In this document: one piece after another, positions 17,893 through 30,178 of the stretch
Numbering within the stretch: position 1 is the stretch's first letter
How the letters are laid out: every line of letters begins with the position of its first letter
NCBI GenBank assembly: GCA_045649795.1
Contig: JAZRQM010000081.1
Span: forward strand, 38,895-102,894
From: Candidatus Cryptobacteroides sp.
GTDB lineage: Bacteria; Bacteroidota; Bacteroidia; Bacteroidales; UBA932
Length of the DNA: 64,000 nt
Direction: 5' to 3'
Notes under the pieces: generated by a model
Databases searched by the model: none
Told to the model about the DNA's origin: nothing
Seen by the model: the letters and a program-made list of their open reading frames with translations, nothing else
Made by a program: the position numbers and the translations under genes

Positions 17893-19770
17893 TTATTTCC
17901 AATCATCAGTTCTGAAAGGAGAAGCGAGAAGGCCATCCTTGTTGATGAGGTTTGCATCGTCAGGATTGTCCGCCCATGCATATCGCACCGCCACAGGATT
18001 CGGCACATCCTTGCTGCTTACCACAACCGTATTACCCTTGATCACAGCGTCCGCCCATACGAACTTCTGGTCATCCCCTGCTATCGCAAAATGCTTGAGA
18101 GCTTTTTCACCGCCTCGGATCGCGAGTCCCTTTCCTGTCTCTGTGAAGGTAATGATGATCTTGTTTCCGCTGATCTTCATATCCTTGTAGATCGGTCCTG
18201 AAGCTGTAATCTTTTCTCCGTATACAAGCTTCCTTGCACCGAGGAAGAGTCTCTGAGCCAGAGTCTTCTTGTTCAGAGGATGAATATCGTTCCATTCTCC
18301 GATATCGTAATTGACTGCAAGAGCTGTATTTGGAATGTTCTTGAATGCCTGAAGCTGAGCCTCACGGATTCTTGCCCATCCGCTGTCTGTCGGCTGCGGA
18401 TGCTTCTGCATGAAGTTCGGAAGCTGCACAAGGAGGAATGGCATATCTGGCCAGATCTCACGCCAATTCTCGATGAGAGATGTCATCAGGGCATTGTACT
18501 CATGAGGGCGTCCGGAGTTGCTCTCTCCCTGATACCAGATCGCTGCTTTGACCTTGTAATTCCTTAAAGGATAAATCATTCCGTTATAAAGGCCTGAGCC
18601 TACATTCTTACGGTTCTTAAGGCGATCCGCATACTGCATCGCCTCCGCCATGTCTGTTCCAACCTTATATTTCCATGTTCCTGTAAGGTCGATTTCAACA
18701 GCGTCACCGATGAGCTTGTAAGGCTTGTCCTTCACGAACTCGCCGTTTCCTGCCGGAGCATTAAGTCTCACAGCGATAGTGTTCTTTCCTTCCCTGAGGA
18801 CTCCTGCCGGGATCTGATAACGACGCGGAGGATACTCATATCCAGTGCTTCCTACATATACACCATTCACATATACCTGATCGTTATGCACAAGCGTACC
18901 CATGCTCAGCTTCGCATGTCTTCCGTCCATCTCCGCAGGAAGCTCGAAATCCTTTCTCATCCATACGGTTCCGCGCACGTTAAGTCCGTTTTCACGCCAT
19001 GTGCCCGGCATCTGCATTGTCGCCCAGTCAGAATCGTCAAAATCGAGCTGATTCCATACGCCTTCGCCCTTATCCTTATTTGCTTCCTCAAATGCCTTCA
19101 ATGCCTCCTTGTCAAGGATGAGACGCGGGAATTCCTTCAGATGCTCCTGGCTGATCCAGCTCTCGATCTCCGAACCGCCCAGGCTTGACACCAGCATTCC
19201 CTGCGGAACTCCTGTCTTCGCATAAGCCTCCTGCGCATAGAAATATGCCAGGGCTGTCCAGCTCATGATCTCGGAAGACACGCCTGAAATCCATTTGATG
19301 TTTCCGGCAATCTCCTCCTGGAGGGTTTCCTTCGAGTCCTGTGTCGGCACCTTATAATGACGGATCATGTTGTTGTTGGCTACATTGATCTCGGGGAACA
19401 TCTCTGTGAGACGCTGGATAGGAGTCTCCTGATTGGACTGTCCGGAGCAGAGCCATACATCACCCACGAGGACATCTCGTATGGCTATCTCATTGACTTC
19501 CATAAGGTATGGACCACCTGCCTTCTGAGGAGGAAGAGTCACGCTCCATGTTCCATCCTGAGCGGTCTGAGCCTCATAATAACCGCCATTGAACCTGACG
19601 GTCACCCATGTACCGGGATCAGCCCATCCCCAGATATCAAGTTCGACATCTCGCTGAAGGACCATCTTGTCGCTGATGAGCTTCGGAAGAGTGACCTTCC
19701 TCGGCGCCTGAGCCGAAGCAGCCAAAAGAACAGCAAATAAGAGAAATGCCGTAAGGATCGATTTTTTCAT
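17893..19770 (-). CDS. Sialate O-acetylesterase-family (SASA) carbohydrate esterase with inserted sugar-binding domain
   Basis: DVWLCSGQSN, WYQGESN, DIHP, VAVRYAW. Start at MKKSILT after an internal TATATTTG element. Confidence 0.88.
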   Translation of the reverse strand: MKKSILTAFLLFAVLLAASAQAPRKVTLPKLISDKMVLQRDVELDIWGWADPGTWVTVRFNGGYYEAQTAQDGTWSVTLPPQKAGGPYLMEVNEIAIRDVLVGDVWLCSGQSNQETPIQRLTEMFPEINVANNNMIRHYKVPTQDSKETLQEEIAGNIKWISGVSSEIMSWTALAYFYAQEAYAKTGVPQGMLVSSLGGSEIESWISQEHLKEFPRLILDKEALKAFEEANKDKGEGVWNQLDFDDSDWATMQMPGTWRENGLNVRGTVWMRKDFELPAEMDGRHAKLSMGTLVHNDQVYVNGVYVGSTGYEYPPRRYQIPAGVLREGKNTIAVRLNAPAGNGEFVKDKPYKLIGDAVEIDLTGTWKYKVGTDMAEAMQYADRLKNRKNVGSGLYNGMIYPLRNYKVKAAIWYQGESNSGRPHEYNALMTSLIENWREIWPDMPFLLVQLPNFMQKHPQPTDSGWARIREAQLQAFKNIPNTALAVNYDIGEWNDIHPLNKKTLAQRLFLGARKLVYGEKITASGPIYKDMKISGNKIIITFTETGKGLAIRGGEKALKHFAIAGDDQKFVWADAVIKGNTVVVSSKDVPNPVAVRYAWADNPDDANLINKDGLLASPFRTDDWK

Positions 19771-19811
19771 AAGATTCGATTTACTGTATATACTACAAAT
19801 ATACAAAAACA

Positions 19812-21374
19812 TTATAGATTTACACTCAATCCCTCCTGAGTAAGAGGAATAAAGCGGATAGAACCGTCTTCATTGAAGTGCAGGTATTCCGCACACACGC
19901 TGCGACGGCACTGACCTCCCGGTGCACCATCAAGCGCATAGCTTCCGTCATGATATATATAATACCACTGTCCCTTGAACTGAATGACAGAAGGATGAAT
20001 CGTAAAACCATGATTAGCCGATGTGCTTATGAAACCTCCATATGTCCACGGTCCATTGATTGATGGCGCCGTAGAATATGCCATCTGCTCCTCCTGCACG
20101 CCAGGCGCATCAGCTGCATAAATGATATAATAGATATCATTGCGTTTCATGAGCCATGGTCCTTCGCTGTAGTTACGCAAAGGCACCTTCTTCACTTCAC
20201 CGTCTATCTCGTACATATTTTTCTTCAACCTGGCCATATAACAGTCGCCGTTACCCCATGCCATCCAAGGCGTACCATCATCGTCGATAAGTACGGTAGG
20301 ATCAATATCAGCATTCCACCTGTGCGAATCAGGAGTCATGTCATCTGTGACCAGCGGCGTTCCATCCTTTCTTGCAGGAAGGAAAGGTCCAAGAGGTGAA
20401 TCACTTACAGCCACATCGACCGTATGCAATTTCGTATTCTTATCATCCAGGGTCACATAAAAATAATATTTACCGTCATCGGCCTTCACAACCTGCGCAG
20501 CCCATGCGCTTGTAGGAACGGCATATCCGAATGCTTCAGGCTTAAGTACAGTTCCGTGCGGTTCCCAATGGATCATATCCTTTGAAGAATAGCACATCCA
20601 GCCCGGCATATTGAACCATCCGCCAGGGGCAGCCTTATCCTGACCCACATATGCATATACAGTATCTCCGACTACAAGAAATGCAGGATCCGCCGTGAAG
20701 GAATCAGTAAAGAGAGGATTCTGACCTTCTGTGCGAGGCAGAGGTTCACCGCTGATTTCCAGATTGCGGATAGCTCCTTTACGAACTTGAAGGGAATTAG
20801 GATAACCACCTGGATATCCGTGACCTATGGTCCATAATGAAGCATTGTGACGCAAAGCCTTTCCCGGATACTTCAATGTAGTGACAGCTCCATCAACATT
20901 CAGGGTAAGAATCGAGTGATCTGTCTTGGCATCGTATTCTGCGGTTGCTTCTACTGTATACCACTTCTCGGCTGCAACTTCCGGTCCACCACAAAGACGA
21001 TGTGGCTGCTCGTTCTTATCCAGCACTTCAACAAAAAACCTATGATTTGTATTGTCATAACCCAAAGAAATATCACCGTTGAGAGAGATACGGCCCAACA
21101 AATGGATTCCTTTTCCTTCCTTACAAATGAAAACCTGCTCAGTGCCAAGAGTTCCGCATTTCAAGTCAGCCTTAACCCTCCATCTGGCCTGCATGTCCTG
21201 AAACGGAAGAGGATGATTGAAATTAAGCTTATGCTCACTTACATCAAGGGCAAGTTCTCCTTTCTGACTGTCCCAATCCTTTATGTTCCAATCATCAAGG
21301 GTGTAAACTTTCTGCTGGGCAGCTGCTGTAAGACATATGGTTGCCATACAGAAGATTGAAATTAAATTCTTCAT
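19812..21374 (-). CDS. GH43 glycosidase with N-terminal LamG/ConA-like domain
   Basis: FTADPA, AWAAQV, DIDPTVLIDDDG, YSEGPW, TIHP; ~200-aa N-terminal beta-sandwich-like region. Confidence 0.85.
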   Translation of the reverse strand: MKNLISIFCMATICLTAAAQQKVYTLDDWNIKDWDSQKGELALDVSEHKLNFNHPLPFQDMQARWRVKADLKCGTLGTEQVFICKEGKGIHLLGRISLNGDISLGYDNTNHRFFVEVLDKNEQPHRLCGGPEVAAEKWYTVEATAEYDAKTDHSILTLNVDGAVTTLKYPGKALRHNASLWTIGHGYPGGYPNSLQVRKGAIRNLEISGEPLPRTEGQNPLFTDSFTADPAFLVVGDTVYAYVGQDKAAPGGWFNMPGWMCYSSKDMIHWEPHGTVLKPEAFGYAVPTSAWAAQVVKADDGKYYFYVTLDDKNTKLHTVDVAVSDSPLGPFLPARKDGTPLVTDDMTPDSHRWNADIDPTVLIDDDGTPWMAWGNGDCYMARLKKNMYEIDGEVKKVPLRNYSEGPWLMKRNDIYYIIYAADAPGVQEEQMAYSTAPSINGPWTYGGFISTSANHGFTIHPSVIQFKGQWYYIYHDGSYALDGAPGGQCRRSVCAEYLHFNEDGSIRFIPLTQEGLSVNL

Positions 21375-21384
21375 ATACAATTAC

Positions 21385-23328
21385 TTATTTAATGATCAAT
21401 GCGTCTATCGAAACAGTGCCGCTGACACTGATAATCTGGATTGTATGCTGTCCTTTCCCACGGAACTTATGGGAGAATACTTTCTCCTGATGCTTCTCCA
21501 CCTCTGAATAAAGGTCCACAAGACCATGGTCCTTACCGTCAATGATGATTCTCATCTTGCCTCCATCTGTTCCGACAGGAGATACTATAGTGATGCTTTT
21601 CCCTGTTAAAGAGGTCGTCCACTCATCACCAGGATTGTTTGTAAAATACAGATCGTTATTGAAATCTCCTTTACCAAGATTACACTTACGGTTCCAGCCT
21701 ATGGTGGTCACGCCAGGATCATCATCATTGAACCATTTCTTGTCATGTTCTATCTTAAGTACCTTAAATCCCTGTGCAAGAGTCGTATCACGGATAGCAT
21801 CATTGGGTTTCATCGGTCTGGTCGCCTTGACTGTCAGTCCCTTCTCCCTCTGAGAATACTCAATCTTGAGATCCGGATGTCCCAATACAGAGACCTTGGA
21901 TATCTTGCCCACTGACGCGGCCAATGAAGAGAGTGGCTCCAAGACCATTTCACTGCCATCCCAATCAATCATAGTGACATATACGTTGCCGTCTTTTCTG
22001 GAATATATGCAATGCTCATTTCCCCAGACATCGAAAGGTCTCGTACCATACACAGCTTCTCCGTTAATCTTCAGCCAAAGTCCAATATCTTCACAGATAA
22101 TCCTGGCTTGAGATTCGATGTCTCCGCGTCCTCTCTGTGTTATATTAAGAAGCAGAGAGCCATTTCTTGAAACGTTCTGCATAAGTCGCAGAACAATATC
22201 GGCTGCTGAATGATATGGAGCACCTTTCTTGAAATGCCATTCCTGGAGACTGACCTCAGTCTGGAACGGGTATGCCATGATATCATCTTCAGTATAAAAC
22301 TCCGTACTTTTCACCAGACTTCTATCCACCAAAGGAAGCAGTTCGGGATTGTTCTGAAAACTGTCATACCTGCCTCCTACACCCTTGAACGTCGCTACCA
22401 CTTCACGATTTCCTTCCTGACGTTTCAGTGCAATATTGTAAAAATTGGCAATTATCTGCGGAGTCAACCTGCCAAGGCCCATATTGATTCCCAAATCTAT
22501 CTGAGAGTCACCGGCATGGTCATCAAAATATATCATATCCGGCTGATACTTTCGTATGGCATCATCCACCCTCCACATAAACTGATTCGCGAAAGGTGTG
22601 TCAAGAGAATTCCTTCCGTCATGATGGACAGGTCCATAAAGATCCACAGGATCCAATCCAGCCCACCACTTTCCTCTGCCATCTTCTTCAGTCAACACAG
22701 CATCATATGGCAGTCCCTCATACGGACCAGTCCTGTCCCCTCTATACCTGACCGTCATGAATTGTCCATATGTACGAGCTGGAGTAGCATGGAAACCGAT
22801 GCCGAAAGGCATATCATATCTGTCTGCCACTTCCTTCCATATTCCGACAATATCCTTTTTCGGACCTACATTTACAGAATTCCATGGCTGATATTCCGAA
22901 TCCCAACAATCAAAATTATCATGATGATTTCCCATTGCGACGAAATACCTTGCTCCCATATCGACATACAGCTTCATGAGCTCTTCCGGATCCCACTTAT
23001 CGACCACCCAATCATTGCACAAGTCTTTATAGCCATATTCGGAAGGATGACCATAATGTTGAAGATGATATTCGTACTGAGGATGGCCCTGCATGTACAT
23101 GCCTCTTGAATACCAGTCGCCATACTCTGCAGCAGACTGAGGATCCCAATGCGACCATGCTCCGAACTTTGCATCACGCCACCACTGTGGTACGTTATAC
23201 ATTCTGCTTAAGGTACCCCAATCTTCTGTATATTCGCCTTGCTCAATCTTGAATTCAGGCAAATTCCAAATATCTTTATCTGCAGATGGGATTATCGCAA
23301 GCAAAATAAGCATCAATGACAAAATCAT
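21385..23328 (-). CDS. GH29 alpha-L-fucosidase-family protein with C-terminal beta-sandwich
   Basis: PQWWRDAKFGAWSHW, HHDNFDCWDS, PDMIYFD, VSRNGSLLLN, NGEAVYGTRP. Confidence 0.88.
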   Translation of the reverse strand: MILSLMLILLAIIPSADKDIWNLPEFKIEQGEYTEDWGTLSRMYNVPQWWRDAKFGAWSHWDPQSAAEYGDWYSRGMYMQGHPQYEYHLQHYGHPSEYGYKDLCNDWVVDKWDPEELMKLYVDMGARYFVAMGNHHDNFDCWDSEYQPWNSVNVGPKKDIVGIWKEVADRYDMPFGIGFHATPARTYGQFMTVRYRGDRTGPYEGLPYDAVLTEEDGRGKWWAGLDPVDLYGPVHHDGRNSLDTPFANQFMWRVDDAIRKYQPDMIYFDDHAGDSQIDLGINMGLGRLTPQIIANFYNIALKRQEGNREVVATFKGVGGRYDSFQNNPELLPLVDRSLVKSTEFYTEDDIMAYPFQTEVSLQEWHFKKGAPYHSAADIVLRLMQNVSRNGSLLLNITQRGRGDIESQARIICEDIGLWLKINGEAVYGTRPFDVWGNEHCIYSRKDGNVYVTMIDWDGSEMVLEPLSSLAASVGKISKVSVLGHPDLKIEYSQREKGLTVKATRPMKPNDAIRDTTLAQGFKVLKIEHDKKWFNDDDPGVTTIGWNRKCNLGKGDFNNDLYFTNNPGDEWTTSLTGKSITIVSPVGTDGGKMRIIIDGKDHGLVDLYSEVEKHQEKVFSHKFRGKGQHTIQIISVSGTVSIDALIIK

Positions 23329-23367
23329 GGTATCTGTGGCTTTACTTTTAACTATCAACAAATATAA

Positions 23368-23403
23368 TAAAAAAAACCGGCATATACTTGCGCACATGCC
23401 GGT
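23368..23403 (-). terminator. Intrinsic terminator of the GH10-CE1 gene
   Basis: Minus strand ACCGGCATGTGC-GCAA-GTATATGCCGGT followed by a long U-tract. Confidence 0.85.
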
Positions 23404-23427
23404 AAAGATATCATTTAATGTCTCTTA

Positions 23428-25590
<2,163 letters not shown>

Positions 25591-25756
25591 TTATGTTATT
25601 TTTTAATGTGGATAAAAAAATTCCTAATACATCACAAATATAGACGTAAAACGTGGCATACGGTTTAATATTTGAACTTTTTATTTGCAAAATTGTATCA
25701 TGAAATGGATTTTTCATAAATTTGTAAGGCCTAACACCTAAATAAGGACAGCATAT

Positions 25757-26905
25757 ATGAAATCTTTACTGCGCAAGATTCAACGACTGATTCCGTCGGG
25801 AGTCGCATGCCTTCTTATAGTATTCGGTCTGTTCGCATACCTTGGCTCACAAATGGGTACTGCCAACATGCTGAACACATTGATGAGCACTGCTCATGAT
25901 CTTTTGCTCAATACAGTATTCTACATCATGGCAATATGCGTAATCACAGGCGCAATAGGACGCATCTTTGTAGAATTCGGCGTAGTAAGACTGCTTGAAA
26001 AAATACTCAGGCCTCTGATGAAGCCGCTTTTCAATCTTCCTGGAGTAGCATCTCTTGGAGCAATTCTGACCTTCCTCTCGGACAATCCTGCGATCATATC
26101 GCTTGCTCAGGACAAACAGTTCAGCTGTTATTTCAAGAAGTACCAGTTCATTTCACTGACCAATTTCGGAACTGCATTCGGCATGGGACTTCTCGTAATA
26201 GTTTTCATGGTCGGACAGGGATTCTATGCAGAACCTTTTATCGGGCTCTTCGGAGCAGTCTGCGGCTGTATAGTTTCTACCAGACTCATGCAGAGATTCA
26301 TCATCAAGGCATATCCTGAATACAAGGAGGAGAACGTCTGTGAAGAAACTGAAGAAGTCCAGAAGGATCTTAAGATCGAACGACGTCCGATGTTCCAGAG
26401 AATTCTCGATTCCCTGCTCGACGGAGGCCGCACAGGCGTTGATGTCGGTATCGCGATCATCCCGGGAGTATTGATCATCTCGACCCTCGTAATGCTTCTG
26501 ACCTTTGGTCCTGATTCCGCTTCGGGAGAATACACAGGAGCAGCGTATCAAGGCGTAGGCCTTCTCCCATGGATCGGAAGCAAGCTTGGATTCATATTCA
26601 AATGGCTCTTCGGTTTTACCGATCCTCATCTCATAGCCTTCCCTATCACGGCTCTTGGAGCCGTTGGAGCTGCGCTTGGACTCATTCCTAACTTCATGAC
26701 TGCCGGATGGATAGACGGAAATGCGATCTCAGTATTTACGGCAATCGGAATGTGTTGGAGCGGATATCTCAGTACTCATACAGCCATGCTTGACAGCCTC
26801 GGATTCCGCAAACTCACATCAAAGGCGATTCTGGCCCACACAATCGGCGGTATCGTTGCAGCGATTGTCGCTCACTGGGGATTCTTACTTTATTCATTGA
26901 TCTGA
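25757..26905 (+). CDS. Membrane protein with nucleoside-recognition (Gate) domains, CD0519/CD1768-like
   Basis: LMKPLFNLPG, FLSDNPAII, NFGTAFGMG, WSGYLSTHTAM; many TM segments. Confidence 0.7.
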   Translation: MKSLLRKIQRLIPSGVACLLIVFGLFAYLGSQMGTANMLNTLMSTAHDLLLNTVFYIMAICVITGAIGRIFVEFGVVRLLEKILRPLMKPLFNLPGVASLGAILTFLSDNPAIISLAQDKQFSCYFKKYQFISLTNFGTAFGMGLLVIVFMVGQGFYAEPFIGLFGAVCGCIVSTRLMQRFIIKAYPEYKEENVCEETEEVQKDLKIERRPMFQRILDSLLDGGRTGVDVGIAIIPGVLIISTLVMLLTFGPDSASGEYTGAAYQGVGLLPWIGSKLGFIFKWLFGFTDPHLIAFPITALGAVGAALGLIPNFMTAGWIDGNAISVFTAIGMCWSGYLSTHTAMLDSLGFRKLTSKAILAHTIGGIVAAIVAHWGFLLYSLI

Positions 26906-26908
26906 CAT

Positions 26909-27619
26909 ATGGAAAACACTTTCAAGGACAGGGTCGTCGTCGTCACTGGTGGCGCCCAGGGCATCGGCAGATGCATTGCTGAAGAATTCACAAAAGCCGG
27001 TGCGCATGTATGCGTGATTGACAAACAGGAAGGAAGCCACTACGTAGGAGACATATCTGACAAAGGTACATTAGAGGCATTTGCAGCCGATGTCATAGAT
27101 AAATACGGCAAGGTCGATGTGCTTGTAAACAATGCTCTCCCGATAATGAGAGGTATCGACGAGTGTTCATATGAAGAGTTCCAGTATGCTCTCAGTGTCG
27201 GAGTAACTGCGCCTTTCTACCTTGCAAAACTATTCGCGAAACATTTCACTCAGGGCGCAAGCATCATAAACATATCATCCTCACGAGACCGTATGAGCCA
27301 GCCTCAGACCGAGAGCTATACAGCGGCCAAAGGAGGTATTGCGGCACTTACACATGCCCTTGCGGTAAGCTTTGCCGGCAAGGTCCGCGTCAACTCCATT
27401 TCACCGGGATGGATAGACACCTCATATCAGGTCTACGAAGGTCCTGACGCCACTCAGCAGCCATGCGGACGCGTAGGAAACCCGCTCGACATTGCCAACA
27501 TGGTCATGTACCTATGTACAGAAAAAGCCGGGTTCATTTCCGGCGAAAACATATGCATCGACGGCGGAATGACCCGACTTATGATTTATCATGGAGATAA
27601 CGGTTGGAAACTTGAGTAA
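26909..27619 (+). CDS. SDR oxidoreductase
   Basis: TGGAQGIG, LVNNA, YTAAK, VRVNSISPGWI. Confidence 0.9.
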   Translation: MENTFKDRVVVVTGGAQGIGRCIAEEFTKAGAHVCVIDKQEGSHYVGDISDKGTLEAFAADVIDKYGKVDVLVNNALPIMRGIDECSYEEFQYALSVGVTAPFYLAKLFAKHFTQGASIINISSSRDRMSQPQTESYTAAKGGIAALTHALAVSFAGKVRVNSISPGWIDTSYQVYEGPDATQQPCGRVGNPLDIANMVMYLCTEKAGFISGENICIDGGMTRLMIYHGDNGWKLE

Positions 27620-27634
27620 CCAGCCGTTATTCCT

Positions 27635-30169
27635 TTATTTATTCAAAGCTGCCGCTACTTCCTCGCATGCAAGCGAAAGCATCACGTATGGAGGAACTGT
27701 ACCAGTACAGCACTCGTTCTCACCCCAGAGGAAAGGATAGTCATCCTTATGCTCCATGTAATCAGGATTCATGATCATGATACCAGGAACGATACCACCT
27801 GGGATAACTGTATAGTCAGCACGGTTGTTTCCGTATGCCACCTTTTTGGTATTCACTCCGACTGATGTAACGAATGAGACATTCGATACCGGATGGCAAC
27901 CATAAAGGAAGTTAAGTCCAGAAAGAACCATTTCCGGATCGATCATGTTAGGGAAATACTTCCATACCATGTAGTTGTTGAATGCCCATGAAATCACAGA
28001 GCCGTTACCACCCCAGCCGCGTCCGGTCACAGGGACGCCATATGGAGTAGACTGAGCTGTAGCCTTCTGAGCCTTCACGAATGCAGGAACAGCTGCCTTT
28101 ACCTTCTTCTGGAAGTTCTTGTCCATATGCGGGTAAAGAGAAAGGGCCGTATTGAGGTTTGGTCTTTCGCCGGCAAGCTGCGCAAGTACCTTGTCATAGA
28201 AGAAGTCGCTATACTTCTGCTCGCCAGTTGTGAGCCAGAGCTGAATCGAAGCATTGATGCGGCCGTCACCTCTCATGCGGCGTCCGTCACCCTGATTCTT
28301 TGCTGGATCTGCAGCCTCGAAATTCTCATCCCATAGCTTTACCGCAAGAGTCAAAGCCTTTTCTGCCACTTCAGGTCTGTACTCCTTGAGAACACGGGCA
28401 GCCGAAGCCATTGCAGCAATTGTGGACATCTGTCCGGCTGGGCTGTAATTGCTTGTGAAAGCAACGCGGTCGTCACGTGTACCTGATGTCTGGCCATAGA
28501 TCTGATATGGCTGGAGAGCAGGATTGTAAAGAAGGCCGTCTGTCTGCGAACCGCCATCACCGAGGAAAGGATACTGCCACATGTTGACCTGAACGATACC
28601 CTGTGCTACGAAACCGATGTTCTCAACCTGGGCGATGAGGTTGATGACTCCATGCTCTACCTGCTGGATCACGTCAGGAGTGCCGTCAGGACGGTGCATG
28701 TCTACAAACTGAGTCTTCTGATCAATGAATGTCTGGTCTCTCTCAGGGACAAACTTTTCCCAAAGATCAGAAAGCTGTGATGTCATTCCGATGACAGTAC
28801 CAGCCTGGATGTCGAAGTCACCGGCGTCATACCATGCACCCACTCCAAGTCCCGGGATATGTTCCCATGGTTCATAGTCAGTAAATGTCTCAGGACCAGA
28901 CCTGTATCCATCATGCATCTCAAAGTTTACCGGAGCCTGAAGAGCGTCGTCTACATTCGAAAGGTCATGCCAGATACGATATGCTTCCTTCACTCTCATA
29001 TGGTCCATCTGAGCAGGGAGCCATACGTCCATTGTAGTATGCCACTTGCCTGCATACACATCCTTGCTGATAGGGAATGCATTTGACTTGAAGCCGTCAT
29101 ACTCGATATAATAGAGACCTGGCTTTGTAACCTTTGTGAAATCAATGAGAGCGTAGTTGTATCTGCTGTTGTATACTCCCCACTCCTTTACTGCAGGCTG
29201 GAGGACAACCACATCATTTCCGTTCTCGTCGATCCTGTGGATCTTTGCCTGAGCAGCAACCTTTGAATTTTTATCAAGTTCGACTACAGAAACTTTCTTC
29301 TGTGCAGGAGTATAACCGATCTGAGAGATACCGATATTAGGGTCTCTCCTCCACTCAGGATCGTATGAAGGAACTACTGTCCACTCAAGAACCTTTCCTG
29401 TCTTGCCGCCAGGAAGGAATGAACGTACCACAAATGTACCGTTCTGAGAAAGGTTTCTACCGTCATAAAGGTTGATCTCAGTCTCAGACTTGAATGTAAC
29501 TCGAAGGTCGTCATCCTCAGGAGCAAGGACAAGGGTATTGCCTGTTGCGATTGGATGTGCTACAAGGAATTCTCCGCGTCCGCGGTCGTCGAATGTAGAA
29601 AGACCGAAGATCTGAGTGACCTTTTCATCTACTGGCCTTGCATCAACAGAACTTGCCGGATGGCGTGGAAGAATCGCCGACTTACCGTTCATCATATAAG
29701 TCTTGCCGAAATATGGCGCAGGGAAAAACTCCATGTTCAGTCCTGCCTTTCCTACCAGTTCAGCCGGTACCGGCTTATCAAGATATACAGCCATCTTCAC
29801 ACCATTCTCATCTGGAGAAACCTTGATCGAATAGTTGAAGTCATACTGCTTGTACACGAAGTCTACCGTAATGGTATTTGAAGCCTTGTCGACTGTCCTC
29901 TCGACAAGTTCAGCATAGATGTCCCACTGCTCCGGAGTGTTCATCAGACGCACTCCACCACCAGTGGAAATACGCTCTCCTCGCTGGATGATCTCAATAC
30001 CCGCAGTCTTCTCGTCACAGAAGATTCCGTTATACTGATTACTGAATACCAGCACGTTAGCTCCGGTCACTTCGAAATAGTCAAGATCATTGATCTTGTA
30101 TTCCTGAGCATGGGCAGATGTCCATGCGAGGATCGCCCCCAATATGAATATCAGATAATTTTTTCTCAT
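27635..30169 (-). CDS. GH9-family glycoside hydrolase (paralog B)
   Basis: Signal peptide; SQIGY Ig-like domain; WYDAGD; FLYGCHP..SFVTSVG; WGENE. Confidence 0.85.
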   Translation of the reverse strand: MRKNYLIFILGAILAWTSAHAQEYKINDLDYFEVTGANVLVFSNQYNGIFCDEKTAGIEIIQRGERISTGGGVRLMNTPEQWDIYAELVERTVDKASNTITVDFVYKQYDFNYSIKVSPDENGVKMAVYLDKPVPAELVGKAGLNMEFFPAPYFGKTYMMNGKSAILPRHPASSVDARPVDEKVTQIFGLSTFDDRGRGEFLVAHPIATGNTLVLAPEDDDLRVTFKSETEINLYDGRNLSQNGTFVVRSFLPGGKTGKVLEWTVVPSYDPEWRRDPNIGISQIGYTPAQKKVSVVELDKNSKVAAQAKIHRIDENGNDVVVLQPAVKEWGVYNSRYNYALIDFTKVTKPGLYYIEYDGFKSNAFPISKDVYAGKWHTTMDVWLPAQMDHMRVKEAYRIWHDLSNVDDALQAPVNFEMHDGYRSGPETFTDYEPWEHIPGLGVGAWYDAGDFDIQAGTVIGMTSQLSDLWEKFVPERDQTFIDQKTQFVDMHRPDGTPDVIQQVEHGVINLIAQVENIGFVAQGIVQVNMWQYPFLGDGGSQTDGLLYNPALQPYQIYGQTSGTRDDRVAFTSNYSPAGQMSTIAAMASAARVLKEYRPEVAEKALTLAVKLWDENFEAADPAKNQGDGRRMRGDGRINASIQLWLTTGEQKYSDFFYDKVLAQLAGERPNLNTALSLYPHMDKNFQKKVKAAVPAFVKAQKATAQSTPYGVPVTGRGWGGNGSVISWAFNNYMVWKYFPNMIDPEMVLSGLNFLYGCHPVSNVSFVTSVGVNTKKVAYGNNRADYTVIPGGIVPGIMIMNPDYMEHKDDYPFLWGENECCTGTVPPYVMLSLACEEVAAALNK

Positions 30170-30178
30170 ATTATGGTC

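Noticed and set aside
25654-25669. TGGCAT-N5-TTAA as a sigma54 promoter
   Set aside because: Lacks the conserved -12 GC.
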